Shown here piece by piece: positions 24,377 through 37,478 of a DNA stretch of 64,000 bases. This stretch comes from Lytechinus pictus (Eukaryota). The notes beneath the pieces were generated by a model. It was not told where the DNA came from and made no database searches. It saw only the letters and a list, made by a program, of their open reading frames with translations. How positions within the stretch are numbered: position 1 is the first letter of the stretch; every line of letters begins with the position of its first letter. The position numbers and the translations under genes are program-made. The DNA lies in assembly GCF_037042905.1 (NCBI RefSeq), contig NC_087251.1:40488001-40552000 (forward strand), in the 5' to 3' direction.

Positions 24377-27300
24377 TACCGTCCATCCTGGTAAATCAGT
24401 GCTCACCGTCAGCACACAGATTGTGGTCGTGAATTCACAAATTACTTTTTTGCTCACCTTTTTTTTTTAATTGGAAAGTATACTTGAAGAAGGTATGTGG
24501 ATTTTATGATAGGCAATGTAAGGACAACAGAGAGGGCTCAATCATGTTCTTTCCTCCAGTCAAAGACGTAACATTCTTGAGGTGTTTTGATAAGGACACT
24601 CACAAGTTATAAAATACCAACTATTTGTACATTCATGTATGAATTTGGACAAAAATTGAATCACTACAGGTGTGTGTGTGTTTTTTTTGTAAGCTATTAA
24701 TTTATGACTTAACAAACAACTAGAATATCAAATGTCAATACTGGAGTACCAAAAATGAAGTTTAAGGGGGGGGGGGTAAAAACATTTTGACAAAGTATAT
24801 GGTGTATCTCATAACATAGTGGCAAATCATGTATTTGGCACTGACAATGTGTTAATAGCACAAATATTAATGATGCATATTCAACTTTAGTTAACGCTAT
24901 TGCATTGATACAGAAACTCACTTAATTCGCAATATCCCAGCTGTTTGTAAAGTCATGTATACTATCACAAACAGCAGAATAAAACACCACCATATTGGCT
25001 AGGATAGTTCCATAAAGTATACCATTCACATTACCAGAAACTGTTGTACATGTATAAATCCAAGATTATTCAGTCTGGTACCTAGCTTGGGTAGCTGGCA
25101 TTGAGGATGCGATATAGCATTGATCATGAGGGATTACCAGAGATTATTTGTACTGTAGGTAAAATTGTGTGGTAATTCTTATTTCATGTAGTATAAACAC
25201 ACAAACTCATTAGCATGGGACAACTTGTGCAGTGAGTTGCCATCAATGACAACTCAATCGTACCTACCGGTAGATTAATTTGAATGTTATTTTGATTTTA
25301 TTTGCAATTTTTTCTTTTCTTACTGCAACAAACTGTTCATATTTTGTTTGCTTCTAAAAAGCATTGTGTGAGTACAATATCATTTTAATTTCAATTTTTC
25401 TGTAACATTCCAAAGTAGTCAGTGAATGTATTTTGGATTATATCCATCATAATGAAAATCTAATAATAATACTGATATAATACTGCAGAACTATGGCCAG
25501 TTATAATACTGTAGAACTATGGCCAGTCATAATACTGTAGGAATATACCCAATCATAATACTGTAGAATCTGTATATGTTGAATTGCATGGGACTACAAA
25601 AATCTTTTGATTTAAGGTGAAAATTGCAGATATTCTGGTCCTAAATAATGCTTTGACCTATGACTGATTGAATTATGTAGACTACTAATGATCCCTGGTC
25701 ACTGATCACAAGTAGTCACATTGTGCTGAGGCAAAATAAATGCATGGTCGTGTGCAAGCATAGCCAGTCATTGATTAGGAACAACTTCATCTTATGATAT
25801 TTAATGTAATTAAGGTTTCTGAGCTTTGATATTCCATAACATGCTCTCTAGTTATGGGGAAATCATTTTTGTCTCGCCTGAACAAAGTTCGGCAGAGACC
25901 CAGTGATCACTTTTCCTGTTACCGGTAGTCTGTTAGGTTGTTATGAAAATATTAAAATTTTTGTTCAATTTGCTCTCATTTCTTTATTTCTGCATCGCCT
26001 ATGTTCACATTTGGTACATATGATCCTTAGGAAGTAACACATGTGAGCCCGTGAGAATGATGGGGTCAAAGGTCATCTAGGAGTCAAAAGGTCAAATGAT
26101 ATGAGGCATTTACCATGTACCTCAGAGAAGACCTCGAGTCTTCTGTCCTCTGGTTGCTTGCTTACAAAGCATCCATGCTTTCTTAGCAATCGCCATAACC
26201 ACCTTATAAAGTGATAACAGACATTCCCTCTTTACACTGAAATGATTTACTGTGTGTGAGCTATGTTGCCTATTGGTATGATCGGGTCAAAACAATGTTG
26301 ATAGAAGTTAGATCTGTTAGTTAATTAGAATAGCATTCTTAGAAAAAAATGACACAATTCATGAATTAAAACATTACACAACCTTACACCCATGCAAGAA
26401 TGAATAGGGAAAAAAAGGTGCACTCTGCATCCACTATGAATGACCAACAACTCCCAGATCTGAATATGAATACAGATTACAAATGAATTTGTTACAAATG
26501 CTGATGGTTATGGATGTTAACAAACTCATTTGCATGTTCAAGCCAAAACATCACCGGCCACCAAGCATGTTTATGTGGTGCAAGCCAACTGTCTGTTATT
26601 TGTTCAGAGAAAATGTATCGGAAAGCTTGCAAGATTGTAGGAATTAGGGCAATGAATTGTAATATTCTGAGAATGACCCATTGCTATCACCTTATTTCCC
26701 AAAATGTCAGGGAAGACACTTGGGGGGGAAAAAGTTATTGAGGGATTTTTTTTTCCCCATTTTTTTCATTGACTGATCATGAAAATCTTAAGTGTATTAA
26801 TTTGTGCCAAGATTTACCTTGTAAAAACAAATCATGTCACCAGCACCAGTATCATCATTGTTAATCTCAGTCATTGAACTTTTTTTGAGGAAAAAGCTTT
26901 CCTCCTCATAATATATTAGTAACAAAACAGGAAAACATGAGATGAAATAGATTTTTAAATTTCCAGATTGTATCATGTGATATGTGATTTTTGAATTGTT
27001 TATTATTATCATTAATGTTTGCATTCAAAACTCATCAACTTTATGGTGCAACTTCTCATGAACATTTACTTTATTGTAATGTCAGTTTTTGATGATGAAC
27101 ATATGTGCTTATGCAGAGGTTATCATACTGACTGAATTTATTTTTTTAAGAAAATTGCTACTTGTACCAACTTATTTCTATTACAGATAAGCTAGTGTAT
27201 ACAATTCAATTGCTTTTCCATTTTATGATTGACTTATAGCAGCTGTAAATTTTTGTTTAATTTTCAATCTGATACATTAAAACTTTACTAAACATGTGTT

Positions 27301-28022
27301 TCACCATTCATTACAACTTATGAGGACGAGTATTTCCTATCGTTGATTTAAAAAGAAAAAAGGAAGAGAAAGGTTGAATTGAGGGAAGTTGAATTTCTGG
27401 CCTAGAAAATATTTCTGCATTGTCTTTCTGCTTAAAGTGTGAATACATGTATTTCCATAGTGAAATGGCAATAAGTGCCACATATTATAATGTGGTATTC
27501 AGATAGTGAGGAAGTATATATTTTCTTGTTTTGTTGTATTGTGATATTTGGTGACAGAATAGTTTTTGCACCTTTATCAAGGGTTTTATTGAATTTATAT
27601 AAACTACAGATATTGTTTTTTGTTTTTTTGAAAATTAGAATATTACCAATGAAGTATGTACTTTCAGTTGCGTGTGTTAATCAGTTAATGTAGTTGATAA
27701 TTAGGACAATCACAAAATGTGCCTGAACTTCGTATCTCCTTTTTTATGTTGTGAAAATTTATAAACAAAATGTGTTAGATCTATGCACTTGTGGATTTTG
27801 CAAATATTGTGTTTAGAGTGTTGAATTTAGATATAGTCCTATTTTTTCAGCACTTCAAGTATATATTGTTATGTATGTATATGGTTACTGTGAGATGGAA
27901 ACCCAAGTAAAGCAAACCATACATGCAAGAATAGAGTCTTGTATATGGTGAATTGAGCACAGTAGCAGTACTAGACAGTGAGTCTAATGGGCTGATTTTT
28001 ATGACTGATCATACACAACCGT

Positions 28023-28322
28023 GGAAGCGCCGTGGTGTAGCGGTTCTGACTCTCGCCTTGTAATCAGAGGGTCGTGTGTTCGAATCCCACCATGGCCTAG
28101 CGTCCTTTGGCAAGGCGTCAATCCACGATTTGCCACTCTCACCCAGGTGCTAATTGGGTACCGGTAGGAAACAACCGTCATTGTGGTTGGTTTAGCAAGT
28201 GTGCGCCTAACAAGCTGCTTGAAATGCTATGAATCCAGTGACCGGGTAATAATAATTGTGAAGCGCTTTGAGCTGTTGTAGGTTGATAAAGCACTATATA
28301 AATGCCATTTATTATTATTATT
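28023..28322 (+). mobile_element. tRNA-derived SINE with L2-like 3' end and (ATT)n tail
   Basis: Pol III A box TGGTGTAGCGG, B box GTTCGAATCCC, ~200-bp body, AAGCACTATATAAATGCC plus ATT repeats. Related tails near 47850-47905, 49075-49135 (-) and 56285-56355. Confidence 0.85.
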
Positions 28323-28333
28323 TTCACTGTTAA

Positions 28334-28842
28334 AGGGCAAGTTAACCCTGACAAAAAGTTTACTGTAAGCATAGCAGAAAAAATTATTAAAAAAAAAACA
28401 TCGGTGACGATATGAGGAAAATACATCAAAGATTTTAAAAAGTTATTAGAATTTGAGTCTTTTAATTTGTGACATTATATGCGAGCGGCTTCCCCATATA
28501 TTGTGTAGTAAAAAGATAATAAAATGTAATTTTCTCAAAAAAAAATGAAAATGGTTATTATTGTACCTGAAGTATATCAGCGGACAAATCATTTCACACC
28601 TGCTCCTAAAAAAAAAGATAGTCATCTTGAATCATTGAAAAATTGAAATTTATGCATTTTATATTACACAGCATATGGGGCTGCTGCTCATATATTATGA
28701 CATTAAAAATAAATGAAAAAACTTAAAATTCTAATTACTTTATGAATTTTTGATGGATTTTTCTCAAACCTTCACCAATATTTTTATAATTTTTTCTTGT
28801 ATTTTCACAATGAGTTTTTTTTCATCAGGGTGAACTTCCCCT
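28334..28842. mobile_element. Kolobok-like MITE, different subfamily
   Basis: TTAA|AGGGCAAGTTAACCCTGA ... TCAGGGTGAACTTCCCCT; long imperfect TIR. Confidence 0.65.
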
Positions 28843-31800
28843 TTGAAATGTTTGCTTTATGGACCTAGGTATAAACAGGACTTTAAATAGTCAGCAGTTG
28901 GGTTGAATTCCTATTTTCCTACTGTTTGGATTTAATGTAAATAATTTCTAAATGTTATTATTAAATACGTATTACTGGTGCAAGTATACTTTGATGAGCG
29001 TAGATTTAACTCAGGAGTACATTACCTGGGCCTCATTGCATAAAAGTTACCAGTATTTTGGCATGCAATGGTAACTTGCAAGGAATTCTTAATTTTGATT
29101 GGCTGTTGGTCATCATTACCATGGTAGTTACCATTGGATGGCAAAGTTACCATAATGGTAACTTTTATGCAACAGGACCCTGCAGTTGAAGTGATCATCA
29201 TCTTTACTACATGCACTTGCATTTTATTTTGATATGTATGCAATCCAAATCTTTATTAGTTTTCTGCATGTATGATGTACCCTATTTGAACTATAGTATT
29301 TCACATTTTTCAGTATTTTAAAAGATCATGAATCTTCAAAATGTCAGTTTTCAATCTACCTGTTGAAGGATGTGTATGCATAATTTGATATTTTAGCTGT
29401 ACCAAATAGTATCTTGAACCTTGGAGAAATAATCCCTTTTTCAGCTCATACTGGAAGCTAAACTGGGATCGGGTATCATTCACATATTTTTTTTCTGTTG
29501 GAATGAAATTAATTTCCTCATGTGAAGTTTGTAACTTTAGATCATTTGTGGTTGAAAGATGCATCATTATTTCAATTATTTGAAGTGGTTTTCTATATGC
29601 TCACATCTATATTGATGGGTTCAGTCACATCGACAAAGCCAATTCCAAACTTAACATATGGTATGCCATTGGAAATACTAGTCTGGTTCATTGATATGAC
29701 TGAAGCATTAGTGATCAGGGAACCCCTCTTTCTTTCACTAAACATAATATATTAGTTTAGACAGATCTCAGGGAAGGATACATTGGTTCAATGTACTCAT
29801 CGGTTTCATCAATGTTTGTTCAAGCTCCCTACAGTCTTTTCTAGTGATGCTAGACAGTGTAACATCTCACGTCAAAAGGTCACAAAGACATCGGTTCGTG
29901 TTAAGGGACATTTTTTTTAATGGAACACGAAGCAAGAGGCATTTAGAAGAGTTCTGAAAGTTCAAGCATCTCTCAGCTACACGAGAATGGAAAGGCAATA
30001 TTGTCGAATTAATAGAAGACTGGGATGTGAGATTCTCAACTTCATCATTGAATTAATAATAATAATAATGTGACTTATAAAGCGCCAATTAAGCTGAAAG
30101 AAAATATTTAACAATGTAAAGGGTTCCATTCCTACCAATGTACCTATGTGTGTTTTTCAATAATCCATGAGGTTTGATTGTATGCCACAAATGTCAAAAT
30201 CAAAATCATGATCGCATTTATAGTTGATGGAATCGTTTAATCCATTGAATAATTGCATTAATGTACACTGAATGTGCTGAAAGATGAGAGAAATTTTAAT
30301 CATTCCTTGCATGCCAGTTTTTTATGATTTTGCAATCTGCATTTTTATAAATATACTCATTGATATAATTTCCTGTAGATTGTTTGTTATCGGATTGGGT
30401 AGATCTTTCACGTTGACAAGATGTAATTTGGAATAGTGCATTTTAGATGATTTATTTACATTCAGTGTGAATTAATGAAACTGAAAACGATGGTTTGTGT
30501 TTGTTAACTATGACTTTGTGCAATTTATTATCAGTTTGCTTTTGTTTATTTTAATTGATGAAATATTTTCTGAATCTAAAGATATTATTTCATATTATGA
30601 AAGTATGTTTTATCATGGACCTTGGAGTGAGGTCATATTTTAGATACTTTGATATTAGTTGTCTATAACTAAGTCACAACATTCAAGCCTAGTTTTTCTT
30701 TTGATGTTTTATTCTTATTTCATTTTTGATAGATGAATATAATGAAACTTTCAATCATATCAAAATAAGTTAAAGTGAGATTGATTTTCCAAACCCTTTC
30801 GGACCTGAAGCTCCTTTATGGGGCAGAAAATTGAAATATTTTTCATTTCATGTAAGAATTTTTTAAAGTTGGCATTTGACCTGATCATCTATACCCTACA
30901 TCTACGAATTCAATCTGAATGTGTCCCAAGTTTAAATGGCCAGCATCGTCAATATCTAGAGACATATAAATCTGCTGAAGAACAATTAAAAAAAAGTGAA
31001 GGAAAAAAAAACCCACATGCTCTCGTTTCTAACACAGTATCATCAGATGACAAAGCGTGGCAGGGTCTATAGACCAATTTGGTTTGATGCTGGGTATTTT
31101 TTTTCTTTATTTTCTTATTAGAACACTGCAATTATGCCTACCAAAATATAATTTATGCATTGATATAGCATAGGACCTGGCTCATTGTATAATCAGTTGA
31201 AAGTGCTTTGTTAGACGTTGGAAGCCAATCTCCCCCCCCCCCTAAAAAAAAAAAAAAAATAAATGAATAAATAGATAAATATTAGATAAAAATAAATAGA
31301 TATAAATGAAATGGATAAATGAATTTAAAAATTAATAAGATTTTTTTTTCAAATAAAATAAAAATAAAAATGGCCGCAAGATCAGTGCACTGAAAAAGTC
31401 AAATTCATTTCTAATGTTGATCGGTCTAGAATGAGACTATTCATTCACCAGATCTGTCTTGGACTAGTATTGCCTAACCATAGTCATAGAGATGTCAACC
31501 TTGCTTCTTGTATGTAATGTATGGCCCTGCAATCCACCTTGTCATTTCAAGAGAGCCAAGAAGTAAAAAAAGCAAACTCACACGATCAAATCAGACTTAT
31601 GCAATTATGTTTTGGGTTGTTTGTATTTTTCTGTGATAGTAATTAAGATATTTATATTTATCTATATATTTCTCTAGATATATGTATGAAATGCATCTCA
31701 ATAAAGTAACAATGAAGTGCTTCATTTTGTTGTTGTGTTCGCCTATTTCTGTTTACCAACTTAGTGAGCTGAGGAGTATTTCATGAAGAGAGTTGATAAT

Positions 31801-33844
31801 GATTTTTACTTTGATAAGGTTTTGAAAATCCTCATATCTGATTGGTTGAGAGGAATAATTACTAAAAATGACTTCATGAAAGGTTCTCCATGCGTTCAGC
31901 AACGTATAAACTCTTGCTTGCGAAGGAAAGAAACGAAAATAATATGGGGGAACACTTTATGAATGGTAACGTAGTATAGCGTAGCTTATTGTAAAAAAAA
32001 GGCTGACGTACATAATGATAAAATGATGCTGTGGATATTACTTTTTTATATACTGGTTTATAAATAGTCTTGCTATTTGATTCGATTGGAAGAGATATCG
32101 AAAAAAAGATCTGAAAGAAAACTCGATAGAATGCTTCTTAATACACCACATTGAATTATTGAGATATGTCGCATAGGTATCGATTTCTCGTGGTGGGGGG
32201 GGGGGGAGGGTGATCCCTGATCAGTGGTGTCTGAGTCTCGGCGAGGGAGCGAAGCGACCGAGCGGGGGTTGTGATAGGGGGCTATCCGCCCTCCCACAGT
32301 AGGGACTTTTTAAGAAATTGACATGCGAAAATCGCATTTTTGAGCTTTCTAAAATCACCCAGGCCATAATATTGTAGTCCACTTTCACTATTAAGTTACC
32401 AAACATTGCAACACACAAGTTTCCAGGTAGGCCTATTTTATTTTAAGAAAAAGAACAACATAAAACATTGACAGTTAAATGAAAGTAGACCTACTTGAAT
32501 TCGGTATAGCATAAGTAACGCCTAAAACAACCAATAAGAACAGATTTATTGATCATATGAGGTAAAAACATGAAAAAAATGTTCTGTGTAATGTCAAAAT
32601 GTCATTTTTATGAGCTACATGATTTTTTTTTTCTCGTGTCAGCTAGATTCTGACATAATTGTTAACATGGCAAAAACAAAATAGTAGTACCATCAAAGTT
32701 TTCAAATACTAGTAGTTTACATAGAATCAAATCTAAATTGTGAAATTCAGGGCCTATACATCATCTTCTTGGAAGTAGCGTAGGCTCAAAATTTTATCGA
32801 TTGCCTGAAATTTGAGGCTGCGTAATTTACGACTTTGGATTATTGCTTTGTTACCCTTCAATCCGCATGTTCATTTCAAAGTTTCAAACAATGCTAGTGT
32901 GTATGAGCAAAGCGAAAAAATTATGTCATTCATAGAAGATGAAGCTATATTCCCAAACTGTGTAACTTCTGCTAAATTAATAACATATAAAATGCATTTG
33001 TTGATAAAACAATTTTGCTTTTATGCTCCATCGAAACGAGAGAGGGCCTAAACATTCATGACATATGCATTTGTCCATGGCTCATGAAATTACCCTATAT
33101 CGGCAAGTTCACTTATCACATATCGTATACCAGATGAGTGCGTTGACTGTTTTCAAAACAGACTTGTCAACTTCGGGAAAAAATAGGATGAACTAATTTG
33201 GGGAATTAATTTTGTTCTTTCTTCGTTTTGTGTTTCTGTGTTGTCAATTTTTATTGATTTTATGTATTTTTATAAATTTATCGATTTTTTCTTCTGGAGA
33301 TATACTGGTTTTTTTGTCATGCCCTCGAAATATTTTTTTGGGGGGTGACTGTACAGGCCATCCCCCATCCCCCGGGATTGACACCCATGATTATGTAGCA
33401 TGACGATTTTAAGCGTCATGTAATTTCTGCAACGGAACAAAATACAGCTCATCAATTACTACCAATGATAAGGTAAGGTAGCTAGTAGAAACGTGGAAAT
33501 TATTCATTTCCCTCGTCTCAATCAAACAGGAGGAAATAGTGAGAAAGCGAGTATCTTCCAGGTAACGCAAACATGATCGTGTAAACGATTATCTCAAGAG
33601 CGCTCTATTTTCATTCTTATATTTATGGTTTACAGATATTATTGTCGTCTATGAGGTGATAAAGTCTGTATGTCTAATATTTTCGAAAAGAAAAACAAAA
33701 TACTGTGTAATAATTACAAATATGATGCAGTTCTTCACTGTTTCTTATAATACATTGCCAAATCTTTGTATTTCCCACATCTTTTCACAAGCTCAATATC
33801 ATAAACAATAGTTTGGAAATTCGTCCTGGCCATACAAATCATAA

Positions 33845-33879
<35 letters not shown>

Positions 33880-34139
33880 GGCCTATATGTATATATATAT
33901 ATTTCTTATTTTCCCTTTGTCTAAACTCACATTTGATAACACGTTCTTGAATGATCAAGTAGTATATAATGTAAATATACTGTAAAAAAATGAGTGCATG
34001 CGTAGCGGGTGGTATATATTCAAAGACCGCAGGTGTAAATATGATACAGAGTTATTTGAATGAACTCTGTTCAAATACAATGAGGGTGGGGCATGGGTTT
34101 GCATGTAAACCCAAACAAAGAGTGAACCCTCCAGCGTGT

Positions 34140-34420
34140 TTTGTTCGGGTTACCAACGACCAATCAGGGACTTCCGTCAAGTGCACAACAATAGAACTCC
34201 GCTGGGTTAATTAGGTGACCTCCACTCGGCGCTGTATTTGAATCTTCCATAGCGACACGCTCGTAAACGCATAGTAGATTAATAATCGTATACTGCCGTT
34301 TGGGGAGCATGGGTAATGTTTAGTCATGCGAGGACCGCTGAAGATTAACTATTTGGATACAGGATAGATATTATTAAGCTGTCATTGGCGAGAGGAGGAA
34401 TTAGTCATTTTCCACGCTTT
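34140..34420 (+). promoter_or_regulatory. Candidate promoter of the kinase-like gene
   Basis: CpG-richer stretch with CCAAT box (GACCAATCAG ~34158), reversed CCAAT (~34384) and Inr-like TTAGTC (34401). Motif evidence only. Confidence 0.35.
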
Positions 34421-34652
34421 CTGTCAATTTCAGCGAGATCGAGCTCACTTGTTGCGCAACTTCAGACGCAGACGGTAGCAGTAATAAACAGTGTTTTTGG
34501 AATCGAGCTCGTCGACGTACATGTAGTTGCGACATATGGAAAGTAAACGAGACTTTCAACGGTAATTTACGGTGAAGAAGATTGAACTGCATAAATTGAT
34601 TCATTAACTTTGCTTGGTTACTTTGCTGATCTTCCAAGGAAATAAGTTCAAC

Positions 34653-35867
34653 ATGCATCAGTATACTGAAGTGGAGAAGCTTCGCGCTGGCTATTTCGGC
34701 ATTGAATATAAATACAGAGAGAGGGGTATCAACGGAAAGGATCGACTTGGCAAACTTGTACCGGTGAGCAAGCGAGGAAAAGCCAAGTGGGTCTTGGAGC
34801 AGTACTATCGGAAGATGGTTTTAAGACTCCCAAAACACGACAACTTAGTCAAGATCAAAGCAGCTTTTTTGAACAAAGTCACCGAAGACGGCGAAGACGA
34901 GGATGATATGTTTTTATGCACAGTTTGGAAGTTATACGGTGAGAAGAGTCTAAACCTGAATGCTTATCTTCTCTCTCGTCATGACAGACTTAATGATGAT
35001 GCCTATAAATCACTGATGATGCAGTTAGCCCAAGCAATGGAACATCTTCATTCTAATGGTACCGCCCATAATGCGTTAACACCTCACAGCGTAATGATTG
35101 TCGAAGGAGTCAAAGGACAAGCCGTGGTCAAAGTAGGAGATTATGGACTGACCCAAGTATGTGGTGCAGCTTGCAGTCAGGACTATAAACCAGATGGACA
35201 ACTGCCTAGGAGTTTGGACTTTTACCTGCCTCCAGAAGCCGCCAAAGAGGGTTGGGGACATCCAGGTCAAGCCAACACCACGGCGGATATTTTCATGCTT
35301 GGACTCCTGTTCAGTGCGATGACCGAGCATACAGTACTGGAAGGAGCTGATCAAAATGAAGAGACTATTATTGCTACTTTTGTCAAGTTCCCAGGGTACG
35401 GTGCTGTGCCGATTGGAAAGTTCCTGAATACCAACCCTAGCATCAATCTTGATCATCATCTTCATAGCAAACTCAGTCCGGAGCTCCGCAGTCTGGTCCG
35501 ACGAATGACTCTCATTGACGTCGACTCTCGACCTCCGGCCAACGGCGTCATCCATATGCTGACTGCTTGCGAAGCCATTCGAGGAAACGAGAAGACAGGG
35601 GCGAATATCGAGTCGCAAACAACGACCAGGTCGTCGTCGACGTTGCCACGGAATACGACGGTGACGAGAAAGACGAGTATGAGAAAGAGAGCAGCCACCA
35701 ACCCAGCCATGTTCAACCCTTGTGTATCACCACCACAAATGCCTAGGATGAGCTCTGCATCCGTCATCAAGCCACCAGCACCAACCAAAACCAATTTCAT
35801 CAGGAAAGCATCAATGAGGGCCAACAACTACTTGAGAAGAAGTCGATCAGTCAAGATTTCAAATTGA
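34653..35867 (+). CDS. Intronless STK35/PDIK1L (NKF4)-family kinase-like protein, predicted pseudokinase, 404 aa
   Basis: First ATG in TTCAAC ATG context. Kinase subdomains recognisable (RAGYFG, RLGK, HNALTPHS, DYG, FYLPPE, ADIFMLG, RP). Family-like segments LNAYLLSR, MMQLAQAMEHLH, KVGDYGLTQVC, DFYLPPE, VPIGKFLNTNP. Confidence 0.88.
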   Translation: MHQYTEVEKLRAGYFGIEYKYRERGINGKDRLGKLVPVSKRGKAKWVLEQYYRKMVLRLPKHDNLVKIKAAFLNKVTEDGEDEDDMFLCTVWKLYGEKSLNLNAYLLSRHDRLNDDAYKSLMMQLAQAMEHLHSNGTAHNALTPHSVMIVEGVKGQAVVKVGDYGLTQVCGAACSQDYKPDGQLPRSLDFYLPPEAAKEGWGHPGQANTTADIFMLGLLFSAMTEHTVLEGADQNEETIIATFVKFPGYGAVPIGKFLNTNPSINLDHHLHSKLSPELRSLVRRMTLIDVDSRPPANGVIHMLTACEAIRGNEKTGANIESQTTTRSSSTLPRNTTVTRKTSMRKRAATNPAMFNPCVSPPQMPRMSSASVIKPPAPTKTNFIRKASMRANNYLRRSRSVKISN

Positions 35868-36411
35868 TAGGTGTGTTGTATATTTATATATATATATATA
35901 AATACATATATATATATATATATTTATTTATTTATTTATATATACCTTACCGCAAATACTGGAAGAATGCGGAATCAGCAGTCGAGCTTCCAGGTCTATC
36001 TTCTTGTCAGCTTCCTTCAAGCTTCAATAAGTTTAAGGAGGCAGTGGGGCAAGTTGGTGAAAAATATATATATATACATATAATTTTTGAGCGAGCAATA
36101 GTCTTCGAGAAAATTGGGTTAGGTGGGGTTGAACCCCATGCAATTGGACTCGAAGCCCAACCATATATAATTTTTATATTCATAAGCACTTTCAAATAAA
36201 GTAATCCGCATTGCCCCCCCCCCCCGAAAAAATAAAAGAGAGAGGGCAATAATTATGATCTATACACGTATGCTCCCTTAAAAGCGGCATGGGGATGGGG
36301 TGCAGAATGCCTCCGACAGAACTTTGATAACGTTTGGTGGATTTTCAGAAAAATGCTATACATGTAGTTGTAAAAGTGTGCCCCTCGCCTCGATGCTGTG
36401 TTTATTATTAT

Positions 36412-36494
36412 CAGGGGCGGATCCAGCTTTCGCCAATAGGGGGGGCCGAAAAATATTTTCATCAACATTTTTTTTCGATTGGCCGCTATAAATC

Positions 36495-36528
<34 letters not shown>

Positions 36529-37478
36529 GGGGTAGTCCTAACTAAGGACTGAAGTTTTAGTTTTTATTGTTATAAACAAGATAAGGTATCTCATTTGGTC
36601 TTAATATATAATGCGAACGCGAAGCACGAGCTCAAATTCTAGACCTGAATACTTTGAGCAGTTTTTATAATCATGAACAAAGATAAGTATCCAACTAATC
36701 AATGCGAGCGCGAGCCGAAATTTTAATATAGTAACGTGAAAAGGGACTCAATGAGGATCGACTGTTTTTAGTGATTAATGAAGAGGATACAAGTATCACC
36801 AATTAAATAATGAGAGTGCGGAGCGCGAGCTCAAAATTGTTGATATTCCGACCTGAAAACTGGACAGTCTAAGCGCATTTTTATTTAAATAAAGAACAAG
36901 CTGTGTGTCTCAAAAAATTTAATGCGAGCGCGAAGCACGAGCTTAAATTTTTGATATAGGGCCTACTCACATGATAAAGGGGCATTTTGAGAAATTTTGG
37001 TAAGAATTTCCAAAGAGGATAGGTATCTCACAAATAAAATAATGCAAGCGCGCAGCGCAAGCTGAAAATTTTGATATTAACAATTTGTGTAAATCAAACA
37101 AAATAATGAAAGCTTGATATGCGAGCTAAAATATTGTGTGCAAATTGATTTCAGAACTGGATATACTAAGTGCCATTTAATCCTCTTGAATGAGATTCTT
37201 TACACAGGCAATTAATGCGAGCGCGAAGCGCGAAATAATTTTTTTTATATAAAGTCTATTTTCCAATTCTTCCCCTAACCTTTTTCTTGTTTCTTTTCGG
37301 GGTCGGGCCGGCCGTTACGAGGCTGTAAATTACACATCATGGGTATAATACCTCTTTCTTACTTTTCTTTGTGTTTTTCATCGTTTCTATCAAGTTTAAG
37401 AGTACATTTTTTCTGCAGGTTGTCAAAAATAGGGAGGGGGGCCGGGGCCGGCTCGACCCCCTCCTGGATCCGCGCCTG
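36412..37478. mobile_element. hAT-type MITE with internal degenerate tandem units (ATGCGAGCGCGAAGCGCGAGC)
   Basis: CAGGGGCGGATCCAG / CTGGATCCGCGCCTG ends; ATTATTAT on both sides; related internal units at ~59310-59800. Confidence 0.75.

Noticed and set aside
25478..25570. Short ~26-28-bp tandem repeat (ATAATACTGTAGAACTATGGCCAGT)
   Set aside because: Three to four degenerate copies, an ordinary minisatellite; same for the 24-bp duplication at ~60660-60707.
28023..28095. Functional tRNA gene
   Set aside because: Continues into a SINE body and ATT tail; acceptor stem imperfect. Similar degenerate heads at ~19245 and ~62583 were also rejected.
34614..34652. N-terminal extension from a TTG start in the ORF track
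   Set aside because: Eukaryotic context; the first ATG at 34653 has a good context and sits just before kinase subdomain I.
35076..35827. 180-aa and 121-aa antisense ORFs
   Set aside because: Shadows of the kinase-like ORF with no recognisable features.
35864..36249. ORFs downstream of the kinase
   Set aside because: Built on (TA)n microsatellites and probable repeat debris.
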